Source: Octopus vulgaris
Lineage: Eukaryota
Reading direction: 5' to 3'
DNA: 64,000 nucleotides
Assembly (NCBI GenBank): GCA_951406725.2
Contig: OX597814.1
Location: 211,420,001-211,484,000, forward strand
This document shows positions 14,390 to 28,766 of this stretch, piece after piece (within the stretch, counting starts at the first letter, position 1; each line of letters begins with the position of its first letter). A program made the translations under genes and the position numbers. The notes beneath the pieces were generated by a model. That model saw only the letters and a program-made list of their open reading frames with translations. It searched no databases and had not been told where the DNA came from.

Positions 14390-15425
14390 CCAGAATGTTG
14401 CTTAAATTTGCAGTATATATGGATACGTCTCTTAGTGTATACACAATCAATACGAAACCTTTAAAATAAACTTGTAGTTAATTATACGGAATATCTAATT
14501 ATTCAGAATACCTAAATTTCCAATATCTCACTATGGATTCCAATGTCATTGCATATCAATAAGCATTACAATGCCTAGACAAATGAAAGCATTAATTTAA
14601 TTTAACTAATCTTACTATTTATCTATCTGGGTACTGATATTAAATTAGTATCTCAACCTGTCTCTCCTCTCCATCACATACATAAACATTTGCATCGTTG
14701 TATCTAATTTTAATGACCTCGAAATTTATAGCGGCAAATAGACATGGCCACTTCTTGTGGAGATATAAGCGTATGTAAACATAAGATAATAACAAAGACG
14801 CTTCATGTGGCTACACTTGTTGCGCATGTGAGATTAAACACAAACAAACGATATTTAACCCAGCACGCGTACACGCGCATACATATTTACATAAGTTTGT
14901 GAGTGTGTGTGTGTGTCTGTGTGTGCGTGTATGTGTGGTTAACTGCCTTGGCCCCTTTTTGAAAACAACAACATTTCTGCGGATTCTTCACTTTCTATGT
15001 CCGTTCATCCATCTCGAATCCTTCACACGCATTATGCTGGCATATGAACGATGACAATTTGTAAATGAATTATTTATTGCAGTCAACAATGAAGCATTGA
15101 CAGACACTGACAGAGTGGTTTAAATTTGTCATTTTAGGCTTAAAACTTGATTTTGATAATACATTGATTATTTCAAACCGACCATCACGGAGTATCTCTA
15201 ATCGTGTATCCTATGTAGACTTTTAAATGCTAGCGCTGAACAAAGCCATGACCCATGCGGAAGCATGATCATAATTCAGATTTTCAGGCAAGAGTTTAGA
15301 TTTATTACCCGATCAAGCTGGACACGAAGTATATCACCGGAGAAGATTATCACCACCGTGCGAGTTTTGTGGCAAGGAAACTTAGTGAATATGAAGTCAT
15401 GCTCTTAGAACATGCGCTCGGAATG

Positions 15426-15464
<39 letters not shown>

Positions 15465-15600
15465 GGGTGCATATATGTATGTATATATACATATATATGT
15501 ATATAAGTATATATATATATATATATATTTATATACACACATATATATATACATATATACATATGTATACATATACATACATACATATACATATATATAC

Positions 15601-15632
<32 letters not shown>

Positions 15633-15660
15633 ATATACATATATATATACATATATCTAC

Positions 15661-15707
<47 letters not shown>

Positions 15708-15771
15708 TATATACATATATATATATACATATATATATATACATATATATATACATATATATATTATTATT

Positions 15772-16216
15772 ATTATATTGAGGGTACTACTATTCGTAGA
15801 TACCAACACGCTAAGAGGGACCAATGCGGTCAAAACTACTAAAATAAACAAAATTTTACCGAATGCAAAACTTCAAAACACATCATTTTAAAAAAGAATT
15901 CAGTTACATATCACATGTGATTTCGCATTTAATGCAGAATGTGCATTTCATGTTCATCAGTGCAAGAAACTCAAGAAATATAAGAGAAAACATAACATTA
16001 CAAGCTCGATAGCCAACCGTAGAATTCGTCGTAGCATGTACGAATGTTTATCTTTACATATCTATGAAAATGGCGGGCTTATTCGCAATGCATTTCGGTG
16101 ACAAATTGTCTAGTCGGAATAAAAATTCAGTATTGAACTATTCCGGTGAAAAATATAAATTAACAACTGAGGATAAAATGTTGGTATCTATGAATAGTAG
16201 TACCCTCAAAATAATA
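15772..16216 (-). mobile_element. Non-coding element with 31-bp terminal inverted repeats and internal HHR (PLE-derived/retrozyme-like)
   Basis: ttgagggtactactattcgtagataccaaca (15778-15808) versus tgttggtatctatgaatagtagtaccctcaa (16179-16209), 1 mismatch; follows a (TA)n array. Confidence 0.7.
15904..15965 (-). ncRNA. Type I hammerhead ribozyme motif
   Basis: Minus strand: uugca CUGAUGA acau...augc GAAA ucacauguga UA uguaa. Stem I uugca/uguaa, palindromic stem III AUCACAUGUGAU, AUA triplet; first stem II pair is an A-C mismatch. Confidence 0.75.
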
Positions 16217-16322
16217 TAAATGAATATTTTCAAAGAGGAAGAATTTACGGATTTTTTCTCTTACGAGGTTTTTCACGCTGACTACTGATAATTTCTTTTA
16301 AAGATTTTATCCACAATTGTTA

Positions 16323-16389
<67 letters not shown>

Positions 16390-16710
16390 CATACATATAT
16401 ATATACATAATACACACACTCACATAAATGTGTGTGCCTGTGCGTGTTGGCGAGTGTGCATGTGTATGTATGTGTATATGTATGTTGATATGTATGTGTG
16501 TGGAGTCACGTGCTGTAGTTGTTAGGATGTTGTAATCAGAGTGGTTACTTTGCCTGTTCGATTCCAGGAACGGATGACAGGCTGCGAGTTTATGGCAAAA
16601 AAATCATTTCATATTGTTCTGTTGACACAGCTATCACATATTAATAAACCTCTGACGAACCGGTGGCAAAGTATAGACACAATAGAATTCGAATAAACGG
16701 ACTTATTAGT

Positions 16711-16768
<58 letters not shown>

Positions 16769-16974
16769 GTTGTCCTTCAGCGTTACTGCAGCTGGAATAC
16801 TGAAACAATTTGAAGAATTAAAGAATTTTACATTTATAAATATTGTGACAGAAAGAGAGAGAGAGAGAGACAGAGAGACAGACATGCAGAGACAAAGAGG
16901 AAGAGGGAGAGAGAGAATGTAACACAGACACAGAAAGAAAAAGAGAGAGATCGAGAGCATGAAAATTCCTTCTC

Positions 16975-17165
16975 GAGCCATGGCCAAATATGTCCGGTTT
17001 CTCAAATACTGTGGTGTGTATATTTTGCCACCTGGATTGGACACTGGTTCGTCACAGGTTTAATATGTGCCAGCTGTGTGAACAGAAACAATGTGAAATT
17101 AATTTTTTTGCCTTAAACGCACGGCCAATCACCCGTTCCTGAAATCGAAGTAACAAGTTGCAACA
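16975..17165 (-). mobile_element. Degenerate SINE family D fragment
   Basis: Reverse complement resembles the copies near 16500-16700, 18541 and 53325-53520. Confidence 0.5.
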
Positions 17166-17188
17166 CCCTAATAACTACAGCACGTGCA

Positions 17189-17514
17189 AAGCGGAAAGTG
17201 TAACCTCTCGAAAGAGCTGTTCTTCACTCCTGCTCCAGAGCGTCGGCTGCGGGGTCATTCCGAAAAGCTCTACCTGCGACGATTTAATCTCAATCGAAGG
17301 AGAGGAGCTTTCTCCGTCCGGGTTGCGGATCCGTGGAACAAGCTGCCAGACGAGATGGTGAAGATGCCGACGACCGCTTTGTTCAAAGCCTCCCTGGACC
17401 TCAAGTGGCCTGAACTCTTTACATGAACACCACCCTGTACTTAACGCCATGTCCCCCTACATGGCCTTGCTATTTGCTTTTGAGCCAAATTAACTAACTA
17501 ACTAACTAACTAAC
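17189..17514 (+). mobile_element. 5'-truncated CR1-like LINE 3' end with (TAAC)n tail
   Basis: Encodes SGKCNLSKELFF...RRRGAFSVRVADPWNKLP...WPELFT*; close copy of about 33949-34271; same 3' UTR and tail. Confidence 0.9.
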
Positions 17515-17679
17515 ATACATATGCACACACACATATACACACACATACATATGCACACACACATATACACACACATACATATGCACACACACACATGCAC
17601 ATGCACACACACATAAACACGCATACGCACTTATGTATATTTATTCATATTATGTATATTTATTCATATAGATAAATGT

Positions 17680-17835
17680 TTATATTTGAAGCTTCTCTCA
17701 GCTTCTGTCTATTAAATCCACTGGCAAATATATTTAATCGGCCCGGGTCTATAGAAGAAGACACTTGCCCAAGCTGCCGCGCAGTGAAAGAAAAGCCGCA
17801 ACTATGAGGTTGGGAACCAATCTTCTTACTACAGA
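17680..17835 (-). mobile_element. 5' half of SINE family C
   Basis: aaatccact...agaagacacttgcccaag matches 27990-28143. Confidence 0.75.
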
Positions 17836-18540
17836 ACAATTACACACACACGCGCACAGACATATACATATACACACGTGTGTGTGTACGTATCATAATT
17901 TCAAGGGTGTAAAATTCGAAAAGAAGTTATGCCTGGCCTCTTACACGCATAGCATAGGCGCATAAAAAAAGGAAACAGAGAAACGTGCCTACACACACAC
18001 ACGCACACACACACACACGCACACACACACACGCACACACTCACGCACACACACGTACACACACACACACATACATACACACACATACAATCACACGCAT
18101 ACATACGCACACACACGACCGCAGAAGAAAATATACGCAGAAACACACAGACACACACACACCTTATATTTAAAATGGTTAAAATTGTTGAAACTAAAGG
18201 TGAATTGGAGGGGATTTCTACTGCTTTCTCTAAATACTTACAAATTACTTAGCCAAGAGTCAGACTTCAAATATTCGGTCTCTGTAATAGAATGTAATAG
18301 AGCTTTTGTCTGATGATTCATTGGGGTTAGGCATCTTAAAGCACTTCGAGCTTTCAGTATAGGGTTCCACATAACAACAATGCGAGACGTACGTTGGAAC
18401 TAATAACATATACTTCTGTTTATCTTAATTTCCACCTATGTGTGCTCTGTATTATATATCTACTAACATCCTCCAGCCAACTTCAAGTAGCTATGATAGA
18501 TACACCACTGTACTGAAGCTGACTAGATAATGTTAATCTA

Positions 18541-18870
18541 CGTGGTACATAGCTCAGTGGTCGGATAATTGGGCTCACAATCATGATGTAGTGAGTTTGA
18601 TTCCCGGACCGGGAATGTTGTGTTCTTGAAAAATACACTTTATTTCATGTTGCTGCAGTTCACTCAGCTGTATAAATGAGTTTCGACATCACTGATGCCA
18701 AGCTGTATCGGCCTTTGCCTTTCTCATGGATAATAGAGTATGTGTGAGGAGGGGAAGCTAATGTGCATGGGAGACTGCTGGCCTTCCATAAGCGACTTTG
18801 CCTAGACTTGTACATAGGAGGGGGATATTCTTGGTGGATTGCCATGGTCATTTATGATCAAATAGAGTAG
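18541..18870 (+). mobile_element. tRNA-derived SINE (family D)
   Basis: A-box-like tagctcagtgg and B-box-like gtttgattccc head followed by a non-tRNA body. Confidence 0.7.
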
Positions 18871-19519
18871 TTATGTGGTGCTCTAACTCATAGAATAGCT
18901 TTAGTACCAGTATATGTGTGTGAGTGCTTGTGTTTGTCTATGTGCGTACAGAGATAGAAACACACACGTACAGTCTACATGCACGTATTTGTGTTGTCTT
19001 TCATCATACACTTTCTCTGTGACTCTCTTTTGAAAGGTTTTGTCGAACAAATAGACCCCTAGTTTTTAAACCTGTACATCTTTCTTACAAACATCAATTG
19101 CTAAATATATACAAGACATAAAATGCAAGTCTTCCTAATGCTATTCAGTGTAGTATCCTCACCAGAGCCAAATTCTACTCTGAAAATAGAATGCCATTGC
19201 GATTTGTGCCAACATATAAACTTCGAAAAATATTCTCACAAGACGTTACTTAGAATATAATAACTGAAAAGACTCTATCTTGCATTCATAGAATACATAG
19301 GACCAAAGGCATATTAACGCCTCGAAATACACTAACCGGTAAATCTCAAATAACATACATGAATTGCAAAGATATGTTCTTTCATAAGGTCTAACTTATA
19401 TCCACGCACATAGACACGCACGCAATATCTGTTTAACTTAACCTCAGCATTTATTACCACACACTTCTATTTTGTGATTATTTGTACCATGTACCTATCA
19501 TAACTACAACCCTCATTAC

Positions 19520-19526
19520 TATGATA

Positions 19527-19575
<49 letters not shown>

Positions 19576-19668
19576 TAATAATGATAATAATGATAGTAAT
19601 AATAATGAAAATAATAATAATAATGATAATAATGATGATGATGATGATGATAATGATAATAATGATGG

Positions 19669-19723
<55 letters not shown>

Positions 19724-19865
19724 AATGATGATAATGATGGTGATGATGATGATCATGATGATCATGATGATCATGATGATGATCATGATGATCATGATGA
19801 TCATGATGATGATAATGATGGTGATGATGATCATGATGATCATGATGATAATGATGGTGATGATA

Positions 19866-19906
<41 letters not shown>

Positions 19907-19934
19907 AATGATGGTGATGATGATGGTGATGATG

Positions 19935-19988
<54 letters not shown>
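19520..19988. repeat. Compound (TAA)n-(TGA)n-(TTA)n array
   Basis: Directly visible, with tgatca palindromic variants at about 19750-19845. Confidence 0.95.
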
Positions 19989-20514
19989 GAGTGGTAGAGC
20001 GGTGTAAAATATACGATTCTTCAAATACATATCATGACTACCCGTCTGATATGGGTATTGTAGTTGCATGCATCAGAACTAGATGGGCCCAGCATGGTGA
20101 TCTCATGTGATAAATAAACAGCACTTGACATTACGGGTGGGACCCAGTTACAATTTTCTTCTGGTCGAGTAGTCTATCCCGCTCAAAATGTCCCTGACCA
20201 AGGGTAGTTTAAAGATGTTGAATGAAACAACTATTTTTTTCATCAGTGATTTATTCAAACCGAAATGAATTCCTCTCAATATGTGGATATAATGCTCACC
20301 GTCTACATCTGCTCGTGATCAGAGATGCACATATTGTAAGCCATGAAGGGACATACTCAACTGGTAAAGGTTAAACAATGAACAAGCAAATTTGTGGTAT
20401 TGTGCAGACTATTTTATGTCGCCCATCTGTTCTATACCAAGACAAAACGAGTACACAAAAATACTCCCCATCAGTTAAGATCAGAAGCCATGAGAGTCAG
20501 TGTCTGGTACTGCA
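19989..20514. mobile_element. Full-length repeat family B copy within (TTA)n
   Basis: Colinear with 31571-32102; begins ttattgagtg, ends ctggtactgca followed by ttattg. Confidence 0.85.
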
Positions 20515-20554
20515 TTATTGTTATTATCATTATTATTATTAAGATTAGCATTTA

Positions 20555-20760
20555 TGGTGGTGATCGGGCGGAAACGCTTGTGCGCCGAACGAAGTGCTTA
20601 GCGGTATTTCGCACGTCGTTACGTTCTGAGTTCAAATTCTGCTCAGGTCGACTTTGCCTTTCGAGGTCGATAAATTAAGTACGGGTTGAGTACCAGGGTC
20701 GATGAAATCGACTCATCCCTTACCCCAAAAGAGCTGTCCTTCTGGCAAAATTTCAAACTG
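20555..20760 (+). mobile_element. SINE family A copy
   Basis: tgcttagcggtatttcg...ttctgagttcaaattc...ggtcgactttgcctttc. Confidence 0.8.
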
Positions 20761-20766
20761 TTATCC

Positions 20767-20797
<31 letters not shown>

Positions 20798-20799
20798 TA

Positions 20800-21790
20800 A
20801 TTCTTGGTAGTTTCCTCTTGAGAGAACCGAGATTGAGTCAATGGTTCTAGGTCGTCAAAGGATGCATAAATATTGTTTAAATGAGAAGCTCCTCTTTCAG
20901 ATACGCAGAAAGCTCTCAGGACCCTGATCTTTTGGAGCCCATGGCTGTTGATTTCATCAGGGAGTTTGTTGGTGAATTTGTTCAGTAATCTTTGTTTTTC
21001 TTTTTAACGGGCCGCAGAGCACCAACAACGATTAGTATTTCATTAGCGTTACAATGCCTACAACAGCTTATCGTTATCTCTAAAACTTTATTCTTTTTAT
21101 TCCGGTGACTCTTCTGGACATATTTCTCTCTGATATTATTGTGACGTCTAGTAATAGGTATTTCATTTCATTCTTATCTTTAATGAAACCTTGATAATGA
21201 TGTCCGAACGGTTTACTGCTTTTTCTCGATATAAATGAACAGGTATATCCCATAGTATGCCGGTGATCTAATTTTTCATGAGCTTTTCCCGTTGATGTTC
21301 AAAGCAATTCTCGATAGTCTTGATGTTATATACTTGTTAAGTCACTCATTTGATGTACGTTGGTGCCTTGCTCTGATGCTGGATCTATTCTTTCTTAGAA
21401 ATTCTTGGAAGCCAGAGACAAAGTTGGTAATTGCTTGTTCCATGTTGCTACATATCCTGCATGGGAGTCGGTAGTGTATTTTATTAATTTGTAACGACAG
21501 GATATTGTTGGAAATCTCTAGCTCTAGCCTCGTGTAACAATCATGAAACCTGCTGTTCTGTTTTAAGGCCAGCTACGCTAGTAAATTTGTGTGTCTACGT
21601 TACCGCTATTTACTCTTAATACATACTTTCCATCCATTACCTTTTCATCCCTTTTTGCTCTTGATATTTTCTCTTGAAATTTGGCTGTTTTACTCTTTAG
21701 ATGCACCTGGTGGTTGTGTCATGTTCAGCAGGTGATAGTTCAGGAGTCTCCAGATTTTCGTTGTATATTTTGGCCCAATATTTATTTCTA
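20800..21790 (-). mobile_element. Decayed R4/Dong-like retrotransposon 3' region
   Basis: Minus strand motifs in the expected order: GLK.E.AGFMIV, PCRICSNMEQAITNFVSG (decayed CCHC knuckle), ILWDIPV...NRSDIII and LLDVTI (RLE domain). The 3' end abuts (TTA)n at about 20766-20797. Confidence 0.7.
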
Positions 21791-21965
21791 TTACATAACG
21801 AATACCACAAGTGTCATATTTATGAATTGATTAGGATTAGTGCAGAGAATATTTCATTATTGATTCTACTTCTAAATTTAACTACTTACTATTTCTTCTA
21901 CTATATGTGAATGTAGTGTATTTCTGTGTGTTTACATATACATATAGGATTGTATATATTTTATA

Positions 21966-22062
<97 letters not shown>

Positions 22063-23559
22063 TTGCTATCTCCCTCTATATATGTGCGTATGTATAAGTT
22101 TATAAACACACACACACATACACACATACATATATATGCATATATATATATACACACGCCTATGTATATATATATATATATATACATAGGATTAAAGTCA
22201 TATTGATTTATAAAACACAACCACTTTGTTGCTATATTACACTGAAAGACACAAAATAATATAACATAGATTAAGAAGTTGAGAAGAAATACAAACGCCT
22301 CTGTCACCATAAAATACGGAGTACAAAGTTATGCAAGAAAATAGGATCTATATAAATATTTTGAAAGGGACGACTAAATAAGAGTAGGTTTTGAACACGG
22401 ATTACGAATCAAATCACGATTGTTGTTATCCGATCAGTTTTATAAAGTACGTGGACTATTTTTAGTCACGAACATCCGGCAAAATGTTTCAACGGTAATT
22501 TTCTAAGACAATTGTATCACACATTTGGGTGTCCACTTACAGGTCTTTTGGGGCATAATTCCCACAATTATTGCGACTTTAGTTGGCTCTATCAACAGAT
22601 ACTCATAACTTTAGATTGAAACGGTATGTTTTCCCTTCGGTGTAGGATTTATCACGTCTAAATATTTGTAATCCAAAATGGCCTGTACATACGGCTGTAG
22701 ACAGAACAAGGACAAAACCAACAGCGTCTAAAAGAATTGTTAATATATATGAAATAGTAAATCACCGCAACTACTTACGGAGTTTTAAGACGTGCCTGTT
22801 TTAAATATTCGCAAGCGAAACTGTTCGATCAAGGCACACGGGATTCTTATAGTTTCCCAAGCATTTCCTTTTACTCTAAGAATATCGGTCAAAAGTAAAA
22901 GAGAAAAAAATGCATTGGTATGCAAATACTTCGGAGATAAACGACTGTCTTGAAAACTAATACTTTTGTATTGTTGATACTTTTAGGCTTGGCTCCAGGA
23001 GAAGAACGCATAAAAATTAAATAAAATTGTCGTCAGCTGTAAGTCGTACATCACATTGTGGAGAAACGCCAGTTCTGTACATAATAAATGTAATGTCATC
23101 AATGAACAGGATTGCCGCACATCTCAGGGAAGCACCTGGCATGCAACCTGCTAATACCACGGTACCTGGCGTATATTAATATAACTGAGTGGGTAATTTA
23201 TCTCTCTCAAAGGCTTCAGTATAATTACAGAGATCCAGAGTGAATTAAAATATGATGCATTCTCTGGAAACAGCATTTAGATTTTATCAACAGTGAGAAA
23301 AAAATAAATTGATGATATTTGGTATTGCGGATGACATTTTACGCATTCCTAATAGCAATGGCTTATTAATTGTAATGGAATGTTAATATAAATCAGACGA
23401 ACGGCGACATTTCACTGAGAATTCAAAAATGTAGTTAAAATCGGTCATTATTTTTTTTTTTTTTTGTTTGACTAATGGAAAGTGTCTACTTCTGTAACGA
23501 TTGACCAATCAGTATATTTGGAACAAAGTTATAGAAGCATAAATGTGGTACGGGAAAAT

Positions 23560-25160
23560 TTCGAGCAGAATTACTTTTGAGGAGGTTTGAACATGATTTG
23601 CATATTTCATAACCAACAAAGCGGATTCAACAAATTTTATTCTTTCTTTTGTATGCGTTTGTGGAACACACAAGTTTTTAAAGATCGATTAATGAGAAAA
23701 GCACGGTGAAAAAGAAATGTTAATGTTGGAACATTACCCTCCGAAAATCAAAGCTAACTTGCTGCCAACACTTCATAACAAACAAGATATAATGAAACAA
23801 TTTGCTAAAACTTTAGTTAAGATACGCGATCCTCTCAATAATCTCACATGCTGCTGTAATTCAATAAATATTAAGAGCAGTTATCATAGACGGACTATAG
23901 ACATAGACGTTAATGTAAAAGGAAGAAAAATATCTGGATAACATACGCTAATGTAAAAAATGATTTGGTGGATGTGGAAACAATAAACTCCAAAATAATA
24001 TTGATCTAGTATATAGATTTCATTTGTTTTTCTTCTAATAGTCAAATTGCTGGTGCGTAAGAAGACTCCCTCCAATGTTGTGTTCGCTGAAACAAGTTTT
24101 TAAATCTATATTCTGAAACAGATGGAATTTGTTGACGAGGCGATGCAGTTTTTCCTCGAAATCTAGCAATGTTTACAATTTCTGCAATGAAATATGAAAA
24201 TTTCTAATACGTTTTAGCAAAACGGATTTAATTATCACAAGAGTGTGAACCTACTTCTGTAGGTAGATGCATGTAAAATATATTAGAACTTTCCACAAAA
24301 CTGCTGCACATGACCACAGTAGCTTCGTGCCAGTGATATGCTTATGTCCTTCGCAGTATGGGGTTACAATTTGTTTTAATACGCACATTTTAAGCACAGA
24401 TAATAATTCACGCCTATAAAATACACTAAATGGATGCCTTGCACGTAAAATGATATTCATAAACAGCTCAAAATGCAACCCACAGTATTTGACTCTGCTG
24501 AGAAGTTTGCTATTCTATATAATTGTATACCAGGCACTGAGTTCTGTAGAAATTGGTGAGTAATTAAGTTTGAAGCACGGTTATCAGTAAGATATACATT
24601 GCTCTCGAATAGCTAGACAAAGGAAAGTATTTCATCTGCCAAATTTCCTAATATATTAGACGCAAAATCGTATTGGTAGATGAGTAATCAACTAGCCACC
24701 AAATGGGTTCAAATCTGTGATGAGGTGCTTGCGATACGAAATTCTAAAACATACAAATATATTCATACAGCGCCGGGTGATAAAGAACTTAGTAATTGGT
24801 TACATTAATGTTACATATTAACTTCAGATATGGTAATGGGCAGCGCTTGATTTCATGTATTACAGGTCGATGTAATAATCCAATATATTTATTGAGCATC
24901 AAGCATCCTCTATATGTTTGAGATGAAGTAGAACAAAATATAACTTTGGACAACTTTCATCCAGTTGTATGTACATCAATGGGAAGTAACGATGTAGTAT
25001 GGAATTATTGATTTATGGTATAGCTGGTGAGTCCACTCCTGCCGAAGATATCTCATCTCTGAGCCACTTTCATCACACTATTTAATTTCAGCAATCACAT
25101 ATTATAAAATACTCAGAAATTTATTGTAAGCTTTCAATAATGAAGTATGTCAGCTGTGTT
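23560..25160 (-). pseudogene. Highly decayed hAT (Charlie/Buster-like) transposase relic
   Basis: Minus strand fragments in order: IQLDES (about 24960), YLTDN (about 24590), LWSCAAVL (about 24310), NFHISLQKL*TLLDFEEKL (about 24170), VESALLVMKY (about 23615). These resemble LQLDESTD / TDG / RWLS / LNLSLQG / CESxFS of that family. Confidence 0.5.
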
Positions 25161-27344
25161 TACTTATTATCTTTATATAATATACGACACAGTACTAATA
25201 CGTATTCAAGAGTACAATCTTCAAAAAGTACCCAAGGGTCCCGGTGGGTATGTTAAAATGGATTATGGATTAATTCTACATTGGCAAACAGCAACGGTTT
25301 CCTAGACACGCTTTTATACCTATTTCATCCAACAACAATCCTTCACACTATTTTAGTGTAGCCAAGGCTAGTACACTCCATTGCAGCGCAAACGTCAAAG
25401 AATATGTGTTAATGCCGTGTATTTAATCTAAAGTTTGCTTTGATCAGGGAGACTTGTAGTCAACAACGGTATATCCATAAACATGCAATCTTATTCTCAA
25501 ACATATGATCTACTATTATCTATTATTTAATGCAAAATGAAATTATTTTAAAGGCATTAAGATGTAATTTGAAGGTTTCAATTTGTACAAAGTATTTGCA
25601 AGTAGATAGGATCTTTCTTTCTTGCACGCCAGGAAACAATTTAGGGAAACGAACATATCATTGTTTGAATCCTATGTCAGTTTAAACCCCTGGTCAAATC
25701 TGCTTTGTATCACAACATTCTAATCAAGAATATATTATAATTTCAGATAAATCTTGTGCTGACTTGCCTTGAGCGTGCATTTATTTCATTGATATTAAGG
25801 CAATTGTTGTAATATCATGCATAACTTCGGCACCTGGTGAATCACGTCAGCGATCAGGTTAAGCAACATCTGACTTCTTCCAGAGAAAAAGAGAGGGAAG
25901 AATGAAGAATCGGCCCAAGTAGAAGAATGATATTTAATTTGTCGATACAGAAATTAGGAAAGGCTCAATGAAGTCGGTGGTATTTGAACTCAGAGTAAAG
26001 ATGTCTGAGATGAACTCTGTAAAGCATTTTATCCGACATTTTAACGGCTTACAAATCGCCTCGAAATAACCTATTACAATTGATATAATCCAGTGTATTC
26101 GTCCATGTTTCTGGAAACTGAAAGACGTGTTTTCAAAGTGATTTAGCTGTTATACCTATCTAGTCAATTGACTCCACATTTGCTTGATGTTATAGAAGAT
26201 CACACTCCGCTCATTGACTACAGACGGCTTTAACTAGCTTATTTAAACTTCCATTACATAGTGGTGGGTTGTATTGCAACTTACGTCTACATGCAATGCC
26301 GACATTACTTCTTGTTGACATTGTTGTTATAATTGTTATTATTCGTGTCCTTGTTAAATTTTTGATGTTGATTCAACTTTATTTATAATTGTTCATGATG
26401 TTGCCTCATTGTTTGTTCAACGTGATTGATTAGTTTCGTGAAATCTTTGCATCATTGCGTATCACTGTTGCAGCTGAGTTTTCTCTTAGATTTTGCTTAA
26501 ATTATGTGACTGTATCTGTTAACATTTCCATTGTTGTTGCTAATCTTGTAGGAGTAAATGTTGTTGTTGTTTAGTCTCAAATCAGCTTTACAGACATGAT
26601 TGAAAGCATGAATATGCAGATTTTCTAGTCTCCAACTAATAAATCTGTCCTCCGGTTGATACCTTATAAAAGAGTACACGACGTGATCAGTTTTATCTAG
26701 CACCCTGGAGTTCTTGAATAAGGGATTCGACCACTGTTCCTCTTTGTTAATAGACCACCGTAATTTGAGGAAGGTTTGTTTGTTATTTTTAGCATGTCTA
26801 GTGACCGCGCAAGAGTTCTTTCGTTGGATGGTTTATTTTATACTATGCCGTGGCATTTCCAGTACTGTTACTCTTCATGTTACCATAGTCACCCTATCAT
26901 TTATTTTCGGAGTAATCTGTAGAGTGGTAAATGATGGCAATAAATTGACCATCACGCCGTAAATTTACAAGATTTCAGTTCATGCATGAGCTGTAAAGCA
27001 AGGATCTTGATGAAACTTTTGTTGTTATGACTGTCTTTATTATTGCTAGCAGGAAGTCAATACTGCTAAATGTTCAACGACACTAAAAATGTGACAAGAT
27101 TTGTTATTATTTTTTGTTTTGTGTGTTCTGTGTGGATGTGTGTGTGTGTGTGTGTGTGTGTTTGTGTGTTATGTAGATAATCATTATCTGATTTCTTCCC
27201 TTATATAAAATAGCTTGGTTGTGTTTTGAGGCTAATGTTTCCTACGTTTTTTTCTTCTTCTTTTTGATTACTTACAATGTTGTTTATTTACATACATTAC
27301 TTATTGCAGTCGATAATAGGTTATACATGAGATTTAAAAAAAAT

Positions 27345-27530
27345 TCTTTTCAGTCATTGGACTGCAGCTAAGTTGGAGCACCGCGATCCGTCGAAGGAAT
27401 CGGTCAGATCTTAACCTTTTGTAAGCCTAGTTCTTATTCTATCGGTCTCTCACCGAAGTGCTATGTTACCGGGGCGTAAACAAACCAACATCGGTGTTGG
27501 AGGGTCAGACACCACACAAATATCATATAT
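27345..27530 (-). mobile_element. 3' half of SINE family C
   Basis: tttcagtcatt...ggagcaccgc...ttattctatcggtctc. Confidence 0.75.
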
Positions 27531-27609
27531 ATATGTATATATTATTATTTGAGGGAATAAAATCCAAACTTACAAGGAAAAAGAATTCAATTTAGAAATA
27601 CTAAATCAA

Positions 27610-27679
<70 letters not shown>

Positions 27680-27681
<2 letters not shown>

Positions 27682-27901
27682 TTTACTCTTTACTCTTTTA
27701 CTCTTTTACTTGTTTCAGTCATTTGACTGCTGCCATGCTGGAGCACCGCCTTTAGTCGAACAAATCGACCCCGGGACTTATTCTTTGTAACTCCAGTACT
27801 TATTCTATCAGTCTCTTTTGCCGAACCGCTAAGTAACGGGGACGTAAACACACCAGCATCAGTTGTCAAGCAATGCTAGGGGGACAAACACAGACACACA
27901 A

Positions 27902-27934
<33 letters not shown>

Positions 27935-27946
27935 CAAATATATATA

Positions 27947-27984
<38 letters not shown>

Positions 27985-28143
27985 TACGACAGGCTTCTAC
28001 CAGTTTCTGTCTACCAAATCCACTCACAAGGCATTGGTCGGCCCGGGGCTATAGCAGAAGACACTTGCCCAAGATGCCACGCAGTGGGACTTAACCCGGA
28101 ACCATGTGGTTGTTTAGCAAGCTACTTACCACACAGCCACTCC
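27680..28143 (-). mobile_element. Near full-length SINE family C with internal (CA)/(TA) microsatellite
   Basis: tRNA-like head ggagtggctgtgtggtaag...gggttaagtccc on the minus strand; (GAGTAAAA)n tail at 27680-27710. Confidence 0.9.
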
Positions 28144-28166
28144 TAATATCTAAATATTAAAAAAAA

Positions 28167-28457
28167 CACCTTTTATCAATTCAAAATGAATAATTAAATT
28201 ACACCATCTAGAAAATTACATATAATAGAAAAGTTAAAATTAAAATAACAATAAAAAGTAAAGATTAAGTAAATTACAAAAATAATTAAAATGTATATAA
28301 TAGGTATATACATATAATACCTATTATATACATTTTAATTATTTTTGTAATTTACTTAATCTTTACTTTTTATTGTTATTTTAATTTTAACTGTTCTATT
28401 ATATGTAATTCTCTAGATGGTGTAATTTAATTATTCATTTTGAATTGATAAAAGGTG
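28167..28457. repeat. Near-perfect palindrome, 141-bp arms, 9-nt spacer
   Basis: 28167-28307 is the reverse complement of 28317-28457 with 2 mismatches, checked by eye. Confidence 0.95.
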
Positions 28458-28486
28458 GGTTTTTTCTAATATTTTATATATATATA

Positions 28487-28766
28487 GCCGCAGGAGTGGC
28501 TGTGTGGTAAGAAGCTTGCTTCCCAACCACATGGTTCAGGGTTCAGTACCACTGAATGTATAGATGCATTTGTGTATCTGTTTTTATACCCCACTATCGC
28601 TTGACAACCGTTGTTGGTGAATTTACGTCCCAATAAATTATTGGTTCGGCAAAAGACGCGGATAGAATAAGTACTAGGCTTACAAAGTATAAGACCTTGG
28701 GTCGATGTGTTCGACAAAAGGTGGTGCTACAGCACGGCCGCAGTGAAATGACTGAAGCAAGTAAAA

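Noticed and set aside
18541-18612. tRNA-like sequence
   Set aside because: A and B boxes present but no intact cloverleaf; continues into a SINE body.
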